In this document: positions 10,042 through 20,673 of the stretch, piece after piece
Layout: every line of letters starts with the position of its first letter
Numbering within the stretch: the first letter of the stretch is position 1
Origin: Candidatus Binatia bacterium
Lineage (GTDB): Bacteria > Desulfobacterota > Binatia > HRBIN30
Assembly: GCA_038245295.1 (NCBI GenBank)
Contig: JBBRSP010000026.1
Coordinates: 19,810 to 83,809 of the forward strand
DNA: 64,000 nt
Direction of reading: 5' to 3'
The notes under the pieces: model-generated
Seen by the model: only the letters and a program-made list of their open reading frames with translations
The model's database searches: none
What the model was told of the DNA's origin: nothing
Translations under genes and position numbers: made by a program

Positions 10042-11319
10042 ATGCTCGACATCCGACTCATCCGCGACCGGCCCGACTTCGTAAAGGCTGAGCTGGCAAA
10101 GCTCGGCGTCGACGGTTCCGCAATCGATCGCATCGTGACGATCGATACGCGGCGCCGCAGCTTGATCCAGGAGAGCGAGTCGCTGCGCGCCAAACGCGCC
10201 GAAGTATCGAAGACGATCGGCAAGCAAGAGCCGGCGCAACGCGAGCAGTTGAAGGCGGACATGCGGATCGTCGGCGATCGCATCACCGCGCTGGAAGCGG
10301 AACTCGCCACTACCGAAGCCGATCTACAAACCGAGATGATGAATGTTCCCAACCTGCCCGATCCGAGTGTGCCGCTCGGCGCCGACGACAGCGACAATCG
10401 CGTATCGCGATCATGGGGCGAACCGAAGCAGTTCTCCTTCACACCCAAACCACATTGGGAAATCGGCCCGGCCCTAGGCATCCTCGACTTCGAACGCGGC
10501 GTGAAGATCTCGGGGTCGCGTTTCTACATTCTGAGCGGCGCCGGGGCCCGTTTACAACGCGCCCTGATCGCCTGGATGCTCGATCTGCATACGCGCCAGC
10601 ACGGCTACACGGAGATCTACCCGCCCTACATCGTCAAGCGGGAGTGCATCGTCGGGGCCGGGCAGTTGCCGAAGTTCGACGACAATATCTATCGCGACGT
10701 CGAGGAAGACTTTTGGCTGATCGGTACGGCGGAAATTCCCATCACTAATCTGCATCGGGATGAGATCCTCGAGGCCGAGCAACTGCCGCTTTCGTACGTC
10801 GCCCATACGCCGTGTTTCCGGCGCGAAAAGATGTCCGCAGGCCGGGACGTACGCGGCATCAAACGCGGCCATCAATTCGACAAGGTGGAGATGTACAAGC
10901 TGACGACGCCGGCCGACTCCGCAGCGGCCCTCGAGCAGATCGTCCGTGACGCGGAGGAGGTGGCGCGCCAGCTGCAAATCCCGTATCGAGTCATCGACAT
11001 CTGCACCGGTGATCTCGGGTTCGTCGCCGCCAAGAAGTACGATATCGAGTTGTGGGCGCCCGGCTGTGCCGAGTGGTTGGAAGTCAGCTCGTGCAGCAAT
11101 TGCACCGATTTCCAGGCGCGGCGCACGAATCTGCGTTACCGGCCGGCCGGAAGCAAGAAACCCGAATTCGTCCACACCCTGAACGGCTCCGGACTGGCAC
11201 TGCCGCGGGTGATGATTGCCGTCCTGGAGACCTACCAGCAAAAAGACGGCAGTGTGGTCGTGCCCGAGGTATTGCGTCCCTTCATGGGCGGCATCGAGCG
11301 CTTGGCGCCGGTTGCCTGA
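10042..11319 (+). CDS. serS: Serine--tRNA ligase
   Basis: MLDIRLIR, coiled-coil arm, CFRREK..AGRD.RG..R.HQFDKVE, EVSSCSNCTDFQARR, HTLNGSGLA. Confidence 0.98.
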   Translation: MLDIRLIRDRPDFVKAELAKLGVDGSAIDRIVTIDTRRRSLIQESESLRAKRAEVSKTIGKQEPAQREQLKADMRIVGDRITALEAELATTEADLQTEMMNVPNLPDPSVPLGADDSDNRVSRSWGEPKQFSFTPKPHWEIGPALGILDFERGVKISGSRFYILSGAGARLQRALIAWMLDLHTRQHGYTEIYPPYIVKRECIVGAGQLPKFDDNIYRDVEEDFWLIGTAEIPITNLHRDEILEAEQLPLSYVAHTPCFRREKMSAGRDVRGIKRGHQFDKVEMYKLTTPADSAAALEQIVRDAEEVARQLQIPYRVIDICTGDLGFVAAKKYDIELWAPGCAEWLEVSSCSNCTDFQARRTNLRYRPAGSKKPEFVHTLNGSGLALPRVMIAVLETYQQKDGSVVVPEVLRPFMGGIERLAPVA

Positions 11320-11391
11320 ATCGCCAACGTTCGGACTACCGGTCGAGCGATCAAACCATGCGTGATCGCTCGACCGGCGTTGCGCTGTTGC

Positions 11392-11754
11392 TTACTTGTC
11401 CAGGACCAGAAGCTGGCCACCGATGTGGGCCGGATGGAGCTGGCAGTTGATTGGGAAGACCCCTGCCTTGTCGGCGGTGAATTCGACTTCCTTCGGCTCG
11501 CCGCGCGTGACTACCGCTTCGACGCCAAAGGCCTCGATCTTGTACCCGTGTTGGTTCGGATCCGCCTTTACGTTGTTGATCAGCTTGATCTTCACCTTGT
11601 CGCCCTTGTGGACGACGAGCGTCGAAGGCACCCAGATTTTGCTGCCCTCGTATTCGACGTTGACGACGGTGAACGACTGATCGTCGGCGCGTACCGCGCG
11701 ACTGCCTATCACGACGGCGGCAGCGGCCAGAGCCACCAGAGTTGCCTTACGCAT
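11392..11754 (-). CDS. Exported cupredoxin, nitrosocyanin-like
   Basis: Signal peptide; P.TLVV.KGD.V, HG..I.AFGV, FTADKAG.F.I.CQLHPAH; AAGGAGGAG RBS upstream of ATG 11754. Confidence 0.88.
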   Translation of the reverse strand: MRKATLVALAAAAVVIGSRAVRADDQSFTVVNVEYEGSKIWVPSTLVVHKGDKVKIKLINNVKADPNQHGYKIEAFGVEAVVTRGEPKEVEFTADKAGVFPINCQLHPAHIGGQLLVLDK

Positions 11755-11897
11755 TAGACTCTCCTCCTTTTGAACTGAGACGAAAACCGATGACTCCACT
11801 TTCGCCACATCAGGCGAACGAATTCAACTAACCAAGTTCTAGCCGGCTTCTCGCCCCACCCTGGCAGACCCGACGATTCCTGTGTACATCGCCGCAC

Positions 11898-12764
11898 ATG
11901 TCGACGGAGAAGGCGAATACCGCAACGTTGCTGGTGGCGTGCCGTGATCGCAAAGGGCTGGTGGCCGCCCTGGCGCAAATGCTTTACGGACACGGCGCGA
12001 ACATCCTCGCGGCGGCACAACATACGGATCGCGCCGAGGGGCAGTTTTTCCAGCGCATCCACTTCGACCTCAGCGAGCTGCATACCGATCGCGTCGCCCT
12101 CGAAAGCGGTATCCGCGAGGTCGCGCAGCGTTTCGATATGCGCTCATCGCTGCACTACGGTAGTGCGCGCAAGCGCATGGCGATCTTCGTCTCGCGCTAC
12201 GATCATTGCCTATATGATCTCGTCCTGCGGCACCGGGCCGGCGAACTTTCAGGCGACATCGCCCTGATCGTCAGCAACCATGACGACCTTCGACCGATTG
12301 CCGACCACTTCGCTCTCCCTTTCCAGCTCTTTCCGATCGACAAAACCAACAAGGCTCAACAAGAGGAAGCTGAGCTAAGGCTATTGGAAAAGCACAGGAT
12401 CGACCTCGTCGTGCTGGCTCGCTACATGCAAATTCTCAGCGCTGAATTCATCAACCACTTCGCGGCGCGGATCATCAACATCCATCACTCGTTCTTGCCG
12501 GCCTTCGTGGGGGGCAAACCGTACCATCAAGCCGCCGAACGTGGCGTCAAACTCATCGGCGCGACGGCGCATTACGCAACGACGGATCTCGACGAGGGCC
12601 CAATCATCGAACAGGACGTCATTCGCACCTCGCATCGCGACTCGATCGACGATCTTATCCGCAAGGGCCGAGATGTCGAGCGCGCCGTCCTCTCTCGCGC
12701 TGTCCGCTGGCACCTCGACGACCGCGTCATCGTCCACGGCAACAAGACAGTCGTCTTCGAATAG
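11898..12764 (+). CDS. purU: Formyltetrahydrofolate deformylase
   Basis: ACT-like N-terminus, VLARYMQILS, INIHHSFLPAF.G.KPY.QA..RGVK.IGATAHY, DEGPIIEQ. Confidence 0.97.
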   Translation: MSTEKANTATLLVACRDRKGLVAALAQMLYGHGANILAAAQHTDRAEGQFFQRIHFDLSELHTDRVALESGIREVAQRFDMRSSLHYGSARKRMAIFVSRYDHCLYDLVLRHRAGELSGDIALIVSNHDDLRPIADHFALPFQLFPIDKTNKAQQEEAELRLLEKHRIDLVVLARYMQILSAEFINHFAARIINIHHSFLPAFVGGKPYHQAAERGVKLIGATAHYATTDLDEGPIIEQDVIRTSHRDSIDDLIRKGRDVERAVLSRAVRWHLDDRVIVHGNKTVVFE

Positions 12765-12931
12765 CGGCGGGCACCGGACGCGGCATCGCCGCCAGATTCT
12801 GGTTTTGTCGCATTCGGCGTCCATGCTACGTTCTCCCGACCTCGATCCCCGCATCCGATCGATCGTCCACGCGCGCCGCGCGGCGCCGAGCACGGGGCAA
12901 GCCTCACCGTCCCCGAAGAGAGGGAGATCCA

Positions 12932-13210
12932 ATGAATAAGACGTGGATGAAGCGTAGCATCGCCATCGGCCTCCTGTTGGGAATGTTCAGCCTCGGTTTT
13001 CTGGTCGGATCCGTGCAGCGCAATCGCGCCGAAGCGCAAAACCTGAAGGACCTTGGCGCCGCGGCGATGGAAAAGGCGGGGGAATCCGGCGGAGCCATGG
13101 GGTCGGCGGTTCAGCTAGGCACCTCGATCGTTGACATGCAGAAGCACGTGGATGGCCTGCAGAAGAACCTCGAGGCGCTCAAGAAGGTTAAGGAAGCACT
13201 CGGCGGCTGA
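12932..13210 (+). CDS. Small exported or membrane-anchored helical protein, hypothetical
   Basis: GGGAG RBS, hydrophobic N-terminus with A-E-A site, coiled-coil-like C-terminus, typical codon usage. Confidence 0.75.
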   Translation: MNKTWMKRSIAIGLLLGMFSLGFLVGSVQRNRAEAQNLKDLGAAAMEKAGESGGAMGSAVQLGTSIVDMQKHVDGLQKNLEALKKVKEALGG

Positions 13211-13219
13211 GGCCGACGT

Positions 13220-13392
13220 CGTAATACTTACGTTCGTCTTTGCCGCAGGACACGCAATTTAATAACACGATGGGCAGGATATACACGATGACCACGACAA
13301 GAACGCGTTCCCTGCCCCCATTTTGTTTATCCTGGCCATCCTGTTGAGTTCGTTCTGCGGGGTGGGTTGGGTTGCGGGCGAAGCCAGCGTCG
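13220..13392. repeat. Intergenic hairpin element, copy 1 (ends shared with 60996..61211)
   Basis: Left end CGTAATACTTACGTTCG, right end GGTTGGGTTGCGGGCGAAGCCAGCGTCG, long internal imperfect inverted repeat. Confidence 0.75.
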
Positions 13393-13400
13393 GGTTTCTT

Positions 13401-14606
13401 TCAGAGACGTTTCGCCCGCGTCTCGAGGTGCTCGATCTGGCCGTCGTCGCGCTGGTGCAGGACGTCATTGTAACTGGCTTCACCACGATGATGGTGTGCC
13501 GCCGGATGTGCGAAGGAAACGATGGCGCTGATGCGATAGCCGTCGCGCCCCGCCTGGGTTGGCGGTGGCGCGGCGTGGACCGTGTCGCTGTGGTGCAAGG
13601 ACACGTCACCGGCTCGGGCTCGAAAATGAGCCGCATGGTGGTTGGCGTCCGTGCGGCGATCGTGTGCATTGAACGAGGTTTTGTGTGATCCCGGCAGCAT
13701 CGCCAGCTCGCCACTCTCGGGGGTTGCTGCGGTCAAGAAAATCGAAGCAACGAGGATGGGGCACATCGTTGCGTGCCCTCCCATCCCGCAGTCGCGGTGC
13801 CAAGGTAGGTCGCCAAGACCTTCGGTCATACCGGGTCGCTTGAAGATCACCGTCACGCCCTCCCCTTCGCCACGTTTGTGCACGAATTGGGCATCACCGA
13901 GCGCCTTGAGCTGTTGCAGACGCGTGTCGCCTGGCAGAGTCGCCAAGCGGGGTTTGGACGATCCGCGCGTGACTCGACACAAGAGATCGGTTCCCCGCGC
14001 ATCTCTGCCCCACCAGGACAGCTTGTCGCCCGGACGCGCTTCGCGAGCCAACTCATCAGCCTCGTCCCGAAAAGCCGCTACCTCGTCGTCGGCAAACACA
14101 CCGCGTACGAAGAGGTATCCGGTTGTGTCGAGGAAATGGGCCATCGTCCGGCGCTCTGCCGTGAAAGAAAATATCGTCTCCAGCTTGAGTGCACCCCCGT
14201 CACGATCGATGAGTGAGCGGCGGGCCGGATCGAACGGCGGCCGGCCGTTGTACAAGGCTCGCAAACCTGACTCCCAAGCCATGAAATCCATGGCGTTGCC
14301 TCGCAAACAGCGCACGCGGCCGGCGTAAAGTAATCCGGCGGCCGCTTCGACCTCCTCGACGAGCCCCTGCCAGCTCTCGTGGTCCATCTCGATAATTGTG
14401 CCTGCCGTCGCATCGCCTGGTCGGATGGCGAGCCCAACGGCGGTGCGTTCGTACGTGAAGGCCGTGCCATCCGAGAGACGCAGCGCCAGGCTTCCCAGGC
14501 CCGCCGTCGCCTCCGCGGTTGCCCCGCATCGCGTCGGCGTCATCAGCTGCGGCAGCATACGTTGGTGGAACTCGACGAAGTCGACCGTCGGACCGCGCAT
14601 TCCCAT
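13401..14606 (-). CDS. Phytanoyl-CoA dioxygenase (PhyH)-family Fe(II)/2OG enzyme with SCP2-like N-terminal domain
   Basis: WHRD (HxD), GEL..LPGSH and GDV.LH...T.H facial-triad pattern; N-terminus resembles a sterol-carrier fold. Confidence 0.8.
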   Translation of the reverse strand: MGMRGPTVDFVEFHQRMLPQLMTPTRCGATAEATAGLGSLALRLSDGTAFTYERTAVGLAIRPGDATAGTIIEMDHESWQGLVEEVEAAAGLLYAGRVRCLRGNAMDFMAWESGLRALYNGRPPFDPARRSLIDRDGGALKLETIFSFTAERRTMAHFLDTTGYLFVRGVFADDEVAAFRDEADELAREARPGDKLSWWGRDARGTDLLCRVTRGSSKPRLATLPGDTRLQQLKALGDAQFVHKRGEGEGVTVIFKRPGMTEGLGDLPWHRDCGMGGHATMCPILVASIFLTAATPESGELAMLPGSHKTSFNAHDRRTDANHHAAHFRARAGDVSLHHSDTVHAAPPPTQAGRDGYRISAIVSFAHPAAHHHRGEASYNDVLHQRDDGQIEHLETRAKRL

Positions 14607-14701
14607 GGCCGCTGGGTAGCAGTTTTCGGTGGTGGGACGGTAGTACTTTTGACGCCACACCCTGCAGCGTCGGGGCGTTCTTGTGCTACGCACCCACCCG
14701 C

Positions 14702-16726
14702 ATGAACCGTGAAGGTCAATTTCGTTTGGTCTCCGAATACACGCCGCAAGGCGACCAGCCCCAGGCGATCGACGAGCTGACACATGGACTCGAAAACGAG
14801 CGGCGGCATCAGGTACTGCTGGGCGTCACCGGGTCTGGGAAAACCTTCACCATGGCGCACGTGATCGCGCGGGTGCAGAAGCCGAGCCTGATCCTGGCGC
14901 CAAACAAGACGTTGGCGGCGCAGCTCTACAACGAGTTCAAGGTTCTCTTCCCGGAGAACGCCGTTCGCTATTTCGTCAGCTACTACGACTACTACCAGCC
15001 GGAGGCGTACGTCCCGAGTTCGGACACGTACATTGAGAAGGACTCGTCGATCAACGACGAGATCGACAAGATGCGCCATTCGGCGACCAAGGCGTTGCTG
15101 GAACGCAACGACGTCATCATCGTCGCCAGCGTCTCTTGTATCTACGGTCTTGGTTCTCCCGAGGCGTACTTCGACATGCTGGTGTTTCTGGAGAAGAACG
15201 CCGAGGCCGATCGCGACGCGATCTTGCGCAAATTGGTCGACATCCAATACGAGCGCAACGATGTCGACTTCCATCGCGGTACCTTCCGTGTGCGTGGCGA
15301 CGTCGTCGAAGTATTTCCAATTTCCGAGGACTCCCGAGCCATCCGCATCGAATTCTTCGGTGACACAGTCGAGGCAATCTCCGAGATCGATCCGCTGCGC
15401 GGTCAGGTCGTGCGCTCCCTCGAAAAGATCGCCCTCTATCCGGCCAGTCACTACGTGACGCAGCCGGAGCGCATGGAACAAGCCGTACGCAACATCCGCC
15501 TCGAGCTCACCGAGCGGCTCAAGCAGCTGCACAGCGAGAACAAACTGCTCGAGGCGCAGCGCCTCGAGCAACGCACGTTGTACGACCTGGAGATGCTGCA
15601 CGAGATGGGATTCTGCAATGGCATCGAAAACTACTCGCGCCATCTGACCGGTCGCATTCCGGGTGAGCCACCGCCGACACTGCTCGACTACTTCCCCGAC
15701 GATTGGCTGCTCTTCATCGATGAGAGCCACGTCAGCGTTTCGCAGGTCGGCGGTATGTACCGCGGCGATCGGGCCCGTAAGGAAACACTCGTCGAGTATG
15801 GGTTCCGTCTGCCGTCGGCGCTCGACAATCGCCCTCTCAACTTCCAGGAGTTCGAGGCGTTGACGCGCTACGTCGTTTACGTGTCCGCCACACCGGGCGA
15901 GTACGAACTGCGGCGCAGCGAAGGCGTGGTTGTCGAACAAATTATTCGGCCGACGGGGCTTACCGAGCCCGAGATCGAAGTACGGCCGGCCGGCACGCAA
16001 GTGGACGATCTGCTCGAAACGATCCGGCAGATCATCGAAAAACACGAGCGGGTGCTGGTTACGACGTTGACCAAGAAGATGGCCGAGGACCTGACCGATT
16101 ATCTTCAGGAGCTCGGCGTGCGGGTGCGCTATCTGCACTCCGACATCGAAACTCTCGAGCGCATCGAGATCATTCGCGACCTGCGACGCGGCATCTTCGA
16201 CGTCCTGATCGGGATCAACCTGCTACGTGAAGGGTTGGACATCCCGGAGGTGTCCCTGGTGGCCATCCTGGATGCGGACAAGGAAGGATTCTTGCGTTCC
16301 GAGCGATCCTTGATCCAGACCATCGGCCGGGCGGCGCGTAATGTGAACGGCCGGGTCATTCTCTACGCCGACAGGATCACCGATTCGATGCGTCGGGCAA
16401 TCGATGAGACGGATCGCCGACGCGCCATTCAGGAGCGCTACAACCAGGAGCATGGCATCACACCGCAGACCATCCAGAAGGCCATCGCGTCGTCGTGGTC
16501 CGAGATGATGGATGCCGACTATGTCGACCTGACCAAGGTGGCCGAAAGCGAGGGTGAATACACCAGCCTGGCGGCCCTCACCAAACGTATCGCGGCGCTG
16601 CAGAAAGAAATGCGCGATGCCGCGGGTAAACTCGAATTTGAACGCGCCGCTACGGCGCGCGACGAAATGCGGCGCCTCCAGGAGCGCGAGTTAGCACTGC
16701 GCGAAGCGCGTGGTCTGGCCGAATGA
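14702..16726 (+). CDS. uvrB: Excinuclease ABC subunit B
   Basis: [36 protein letters not shown]-terminal UVR domain (LEFERAA..RD). Confidence 0.99.
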   Translation: MNREGQFRLVSEYTPQGDQPQAIDELTHGLENERRHQVLLGVTGSGKTFTMAHVIARVQKPSLILAPNKTLAAQLYNEFKVLFPENAVRYFVSYYDYYQPEAYVPSSDTYIEKDSSINDEIDKMRHSATKALLERNDVIIVASVSCIYGLGSPEAYFDMLVFLEKNAEADRDAILRKLVDIQYERNDVDFHRGTFRVRGDVVEVFPISEDSRAIRIEFFGDTVEAISEIDPLRGQVVRSLEKIALYPASHYVTQPERMEQAVRNIRLELTERLKQLHSENKLLEAQRLEQRTLYDLEMLHEMGFCNGIENYSRHLTGRIPGEPPPTLLDYFPDDWLLFIDESHVSVSQVGGMYRGDRARKETLVEYGFRLPSALDNRPLNFQEFEALTRYVVYVSATPGEYELRRSEGVVVEQIIRPTGLTEPEIEVRPAGTQVDDLLETIRQIIEKHERVLVTTLTKKMAEDLTDYLQELGVRVRYLHSDIETLERIEIIRDLRRGIFDVLIGINLLREGLDIPEVSLVAILDADKEGFLRSERSLIQTIGRAARNVNGRVILYADRITDSMRRAIDETDRRRAIQERYNQEHGITPQTIQKAIASSWSEMMDADYVDLTKVAESEGEYTSLAALTKRIAALQKEMRDAAGKLEFERAATARDEMRRLQERELALREARGLAE

Positions 16727-18876
16727 CGTTGAACCGATCCCGCTTCGGCGGCGTCGCCTTTCTGCTCGGCGGTGTGCTGTTCGTCTGCGGCTATGTCGCC
16801 TTGAATCTCCCCGAGCAGGTAACGTCTGTTCTGAACGGCTGGCGCGCTTCGGGCCTCGCCGCGGTTTACGTCAACCTGCAAAACGCGATGCCGCTGCGGC
16901 TGCTCGCCGCGTTGCCGCTTTGCCTTCCCGGCTGCCTGTTGATGGCGTTCGCCCTGCGCTCGACGGCCGACGAGGACCGAACAGCCGACCGAACGATAGT
17001 CGAGGCGAATCCTCCCGGGGCATCGCCCTGGTCGTGGGGCTCGATCATGACGCTGGTATGCGGTGTTGGCCTCGGGTTGGTGACGGCGTGGCTGATGACC
17101 CGTGAGCCAGCTCACCCGGCTGCGACATACACGTGGGCCGCAACCCTCGTCGCCATCCTTTTAGTCGCCCTGCAGATGGACCTATCGGCGCAGGTTCGCT
17201 GGCCCGCGGCCGCGCTAACACGCCGCGACCAGGCGATCAGCGCGGCCCTCGTGCTGGGAACGATGCTGGTTGTCGGACACGATGTCGGGCATTGGCGTTG
17301 GTCCGGCACGCCCGATGAATTCTCGTTCTTCGCTGCCGCCAAGGGATTCTACGACGGTATCATCCCGACGCATCCCCTCTCCGAGCAGGGGGTATTCGGC
17401 TACCATCCGATTCTGAGCTCATACTACCAGGTTGCCTTCCTATGGCTGGGCGGCGCCAACGTCGTGGCCTGGAGACTGTCTTCCGTGTTCTCCCTGGCCG
17501 TTGCCGTCGCGGCCACGTATCAACTCATGCTCCGTCTTTATGATCGTCGCCGCGCTCTTGCCGCCGCCGTTCTGTTGGCGACGTCGGAAATCGCCATGGG
17601 ATACTCGCATCTCGGTTACAACAACGCGCAAGTGTACGGCGCCGTGATGATCCCGCTCGCCCTCGCCGCCTGGGCGGCGGGTGGTGTGGCGGCTCTTCCG
17701 TTCGCCTTGACGAGCGTTTTTTGCGGCCTCGCGTTCTACACTTACTTCACGGCGCGCTTGGCGCCCGTCCTGGTGCTCTTCTTCTGGTGGCGAGCCGGCG
17801 CCCTGTCCACACTCTGGCGGCGGCGCCACCTGGCAATCGTCGTTGTGATTGCCTTCGTGCTGACGCTCATTCCAACCTTGATGCAATTGCCCACCACCCT
17901 GGCGCAGATGATCCGACTCACCGGGGCAACGGCGAACCAGACCCTGGGCGCCACCGAGGCAATCGGCTTCCTGCCGCGCATCCTGTCGGCCGACAATGTA
18001 GGCCACATCTTGAGTCACTGGCTCCTGTCCATCTTCTATCCGCTGACCTCGGAGTCTGGGCATTTTCTGCTTTCACCAGTCACCGAGTTCGGCACCTCGC
18101 TGTTCTGGCTACTCGGCCTCTGTTCTGGGCTGTTGGCGTTGCAACGCAAGCACCTGGACTTTCTCACGCTCGCCTATCTAGGCAGTGCCTTTGCGGTCGG
18201 CGCCATCAGCCCCTACCCCCACCCTGCATTGACGCGTGTCATGTTCCTGGCGCCGTTTACGGCCATGCTCGCCGCCGTCGGGATCGAACGACTCCTGCGG
18301 GCGCTGCCGTCACGAGGCGCGGCGGCAGACCGGCGAGCGTGGGTATTGACTTCGATCCTCGTCACCACCATTGCGGCGGCCAACCTCTACAGGCTGTATT
18401 CCAACGTGTACGAACGATTCTATGGCTACGGCGACGGCACCACGACCGAGGTCGTACGCTTGGCGCTGGCGCTTGGCCAACCGGCGACGATCGTGTACGT
18501 CCAGCGCGATCCGACCTACATGTCGGGCACTGTCCCTGATGTCCTGAAAGCCTACGCCCCCGCGGACGACGTCGTTTACGTGCGACCGCCATTCACCGAT
18601 GCTTCTCTCTCCGGCCTCGAAAAGGTCGCACCGCCGGTTCTGTTTGCCTACGACCTGACAAAGCCCGAGGAACGGCGGACCATCGAAGAACTGGTGCGGC
18701 GTCGCTTCCCCCAGGCCACGTGGCACGACTCCGCCCCGGGGCGGACCTGGAATATCCCGCATGTCTTCGTTGCCGACGCGCTTGACCGATCCGCCGCGCC
18801 TTCGATACATGAACCTTTCCTTGCGACGTCGACGCCTGGCAATACCGCCGCCGCGGGCGGGAAGGATGAGGGATGA
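16723..18876 (+). CDS. Polytopic GT-C glycosyltransferase (ArnT/PMT-like)
   Basis: Many TM helices, loop 'PDE' motif, HP.L..Y, WRLSS, YTY..ARL; ATGA overlap with the uvrB stop. Confidence 0.75.
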   Translation: MTLNRSRFGGVAFLLGGVLFVCGYVALNLPEQVTSVLNGWRASGLAAVYVNLQNAMPLRLLAALPLCLPGCLLMAFALRSTADEDRTADRTIVEANPPGASPWSWGSIMTLVCGVGLGLVTAWLMTREPAHPAATYTWAATLVAILLVALQMDLSAQVRWPAAALTRRDQAISAALVLGTMLVVGHDVGHWRWSGTPDEFSFFAAAKGFYDGIIPTHPLSEQGVFGYHPILSSYYQVAFLWLGGANVVAWRLSSVFSLAVAVAATYQLMLRLYDRRRALAAAVLLATSEIAMGYSHLGYNNAQVYGAVMIPLALAAWAAGGVAALPFALTSVFCGLAFYTYFTARLAPVLVLFFWWRAGALSTLWRRRHLAIVVVIAFVLTLIPTLMQLPTTLAQMIRLTGATANQTLGATEAIGFLPRILSADNVGHILSHWLLSIFYPLTSESGHFLLSPVTEFGTSLFWLLGLCSGLLALQRKHLDFLTLAYLGSAFAVGAISPYPHPALTRVMFLAPFTAMLAAVGIERLLRALPSRGAAADRRAWVLTSILVTTIAAANLYRLYSNVYERFYGYGDGTTTEVVRLALALGQPATIVYVQRDPTYMSGTVPDVLKAYAPADDVVYVRPPFTDASLSGLEKVAPPVLFAYDLTKPEERRTIEELVRRRFPQATWHDSAPGRTWNIPHVFVADALDRSAAPSIHEPFLATSTPGNTAAAGGKDEG

Positions 18877-20219
18877 ACGGGAAATGGGCGCTCGGGTTCG
18901 GGGTGGCTTTGGTGTTTTGCACCGCCACAGCGTTCGGCTCTCCGACCCAATCCGGTGAAACGGGACTGGCCACGGTGCCGACAACCGACGTGCTGGATGC
19001 TTGGCGTCCATCGGCCGGTGTACATCTCAACGGCCTAGCCGGCTCCACGGGTTCGGGCAGTCATGAACTGTGGCGCACGCAATTCACCCTTGGACTCGGA
19101 CTTATCGAGGACCTCGAGCTGACGGCCCAGGTGCCCTACATCCAGTTCAGCCGCGATGTCGCGGGTCGCCGACATACCGACGACGTCGGTGGCGTGCGAC
19201 TCGGAGGAAAGTATCGTCTGCTCAATGAGGAGTATGGCGATTGGTTGAGCGGTGCTCTCCTCGCGGCTGTGGTCATTGGGAACGGTCGCGACAGCTTTCC
19301 GGCAATTCTCGATCGCGAAAGTGCCTGGGGGCGACGCGAAGCCTACGAGGTCATGGCCATTGCCGACAAGAAGCTGTTCAGCGCCGCTCACGACGATGCG
19401 GTGCTCACTCTAAACGCCGGCGGCCTGTTCTTCGATCAGCCGGAACACTTTGCCTTGAGCAACCAATCACCCTCGTTCCAACGCCGCTTTCGTGGCAGGC
19501 GCGCCTCTTTCAGCAACCCCTTTGAGTTCGCAACGGCATTGCGTCTGCCGATTTATGCGACGGAGAACTTCAGGATCCAGCTCCTAGAGGAGCTCCGTGG
19601 CAACACGGGAACCGTCGATAATCTGAAAGGCTCGGTGCCGACGCGACTATTCAGCGGTGTGCGATTTGCGGCGGCGAATGGAATGGCACTCCAAGGGGGC
19701 GCCGATTTCGGCCTTAGCGGCTTCTTGGAGCCGTACCGCTTCATGGCAAGCTTTTCGTACGCCATGCCCGAACAGGCGGAACCTCCGGTGCCGGTCGCCC
19801 GAGCCATCCCGGCCCCTGTTGCATTGCCAACCCCGGCTACCGCGGCGGCGTCGCCGGCCGAGGTGTTGCCGCCACCGGTCAAACGAAAGGTCGTGTTGCG
19901 CGGTGTAAAATTCGACTTCGCCCAATCGACGATCCGTCCGGATTCAGACGCCATCCTCGGTGAGGCAGCCGCCGCGCTGAAGGCAAACCCGGACGTCAAG
20001 GTAGCGGTCGAAGGGCACACGGACTCGGTCGGTAGCGACGAATACAATCTGCGCCTGTCGATTCACCGCGGACTGGCGGTGCGTGAGCGCCTCGAACACC
20101 TCGGCATATTACACGAGCGCTTGTCGGTTCGGGCGCGGGGCGAGTCGCAACCTGTCGCCTCGAATGATACGGAGTCTGGCCGCGCCGAGAACCGGCGCGT
20201 CGAATTGCTGGTCGAGTAA
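18873..20219 (+). CDS. OmpA-family outer-membrane protein (beta-rich N-domain, Pro/Ala linker, peptidoglycan-binding domain)
   Basis: Signal peptide; F.F....I, VEGHTDS.GS.EYN..LS..R, GE..P.ASN.T..GRAENRRVE. Confidence 0.9.
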   Translation: MNGKWALGFGVALVFCTATAFGSPTQSGETGLATVPTTDVLDAWRPSAGVHLNGLAGSTGSGSHELWRTQFTLGLGLIEDLELTAQVPYIQFSRDVAGRRHTDDVGGVRLGGKYRLLNEEYGDWLSGALLAAVVIGNGRDSFPAILDRESAWGRREAYEVMAIADKKLFSAAHDDAVLTLNAGGLFFDQPEHFALSNQSPSFQRRFRGRRASFSNPFEFATALRLPIYATENFRIQLLEELRGNTGTVDNLKGSVPTRLFSGVRFAAANGMALQGGADFGLSGFLEPYRFMASFSYAMPEQAEPPVPVARAIPAPVALPTPATAAASPAEVLPPPVKRKVVLRGVKFDFAQSTIRPDSDAILGEAAAALKANPDVKVAVEGHTDSVGSDEYNLRLSIHRGLAVRERLEHLGILHERLSVRARGESQPVASNDTESGRAENRRVELLVE

Positions 20220-20242
20220 CCAAGAGAGAACGGAGTCGTCGA

Positions 20243-20638
20243 ATGAAGTCTCGTCTACTTGCCATCACGCTCTTGCTGTTGTCCGCCTCCCCGGCGCTCG
20301 CCGAGGACGCCGCGGCGGCCTTCGGGAAGTTCTGCGAAGAGTGGATGCAGAAGCTCGAAGCGCGCGAACGGCGCAACACCACCATCATCAAATGGGAAGA
20401 CAAGGGGACGACAGTCCTCGGCAGCTACGTCGGCTACAGCAAGCAGCACACCTGCGAGTTGAAGGAAAACAAGGAGAACAAGCCGCCCGTGCCGGTCGGC
20501 AAGATCACCTATCTCGAGGTGCGCTACGAGAAGGCCGGTGCAACCCAGGAGGAAGCCGAGCGCAGCCAGGCGCGGCCGGTCGAGACCACCGAGGTCACCG
20601 AGATTTTCCGCTACGCCAAAGGCGTCTGGGTGTACTAG
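20243..20638 (+). CDS. Exported hypothetical protein with two Cys
   Basis: Signal peptide ending ALA, GGAG RBS, strong G/C third-position bias; fills the gap before argH. Confidence 0.8.
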   Translation: MKSRLLAITLLLLSASPALAEDAAAAFGKFCEEWMQKLEARERRNTTIIKWEDKGTTVLGSYVGYSKQHTCELKENKENKPPVPVGKITYLEVRYEKAGATQEEAERSQARPVETTEVTEIFRYAKGVWVY

Positions 20639-20673
20639 GACGCCGCCGTCCCTGTTCTTTCCGGGTGAGTTGC

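Noticed and set aside
14543..16138. 531-aa minus-strand ORF
   Set aside because: Antisense shadow of uvrB.
20083..20673. Apparent 197-aa N-terminal extension of ArgH
   Set aside because: Overlaps two better genes in other frames; ArgH homology starts at ATG 20674.
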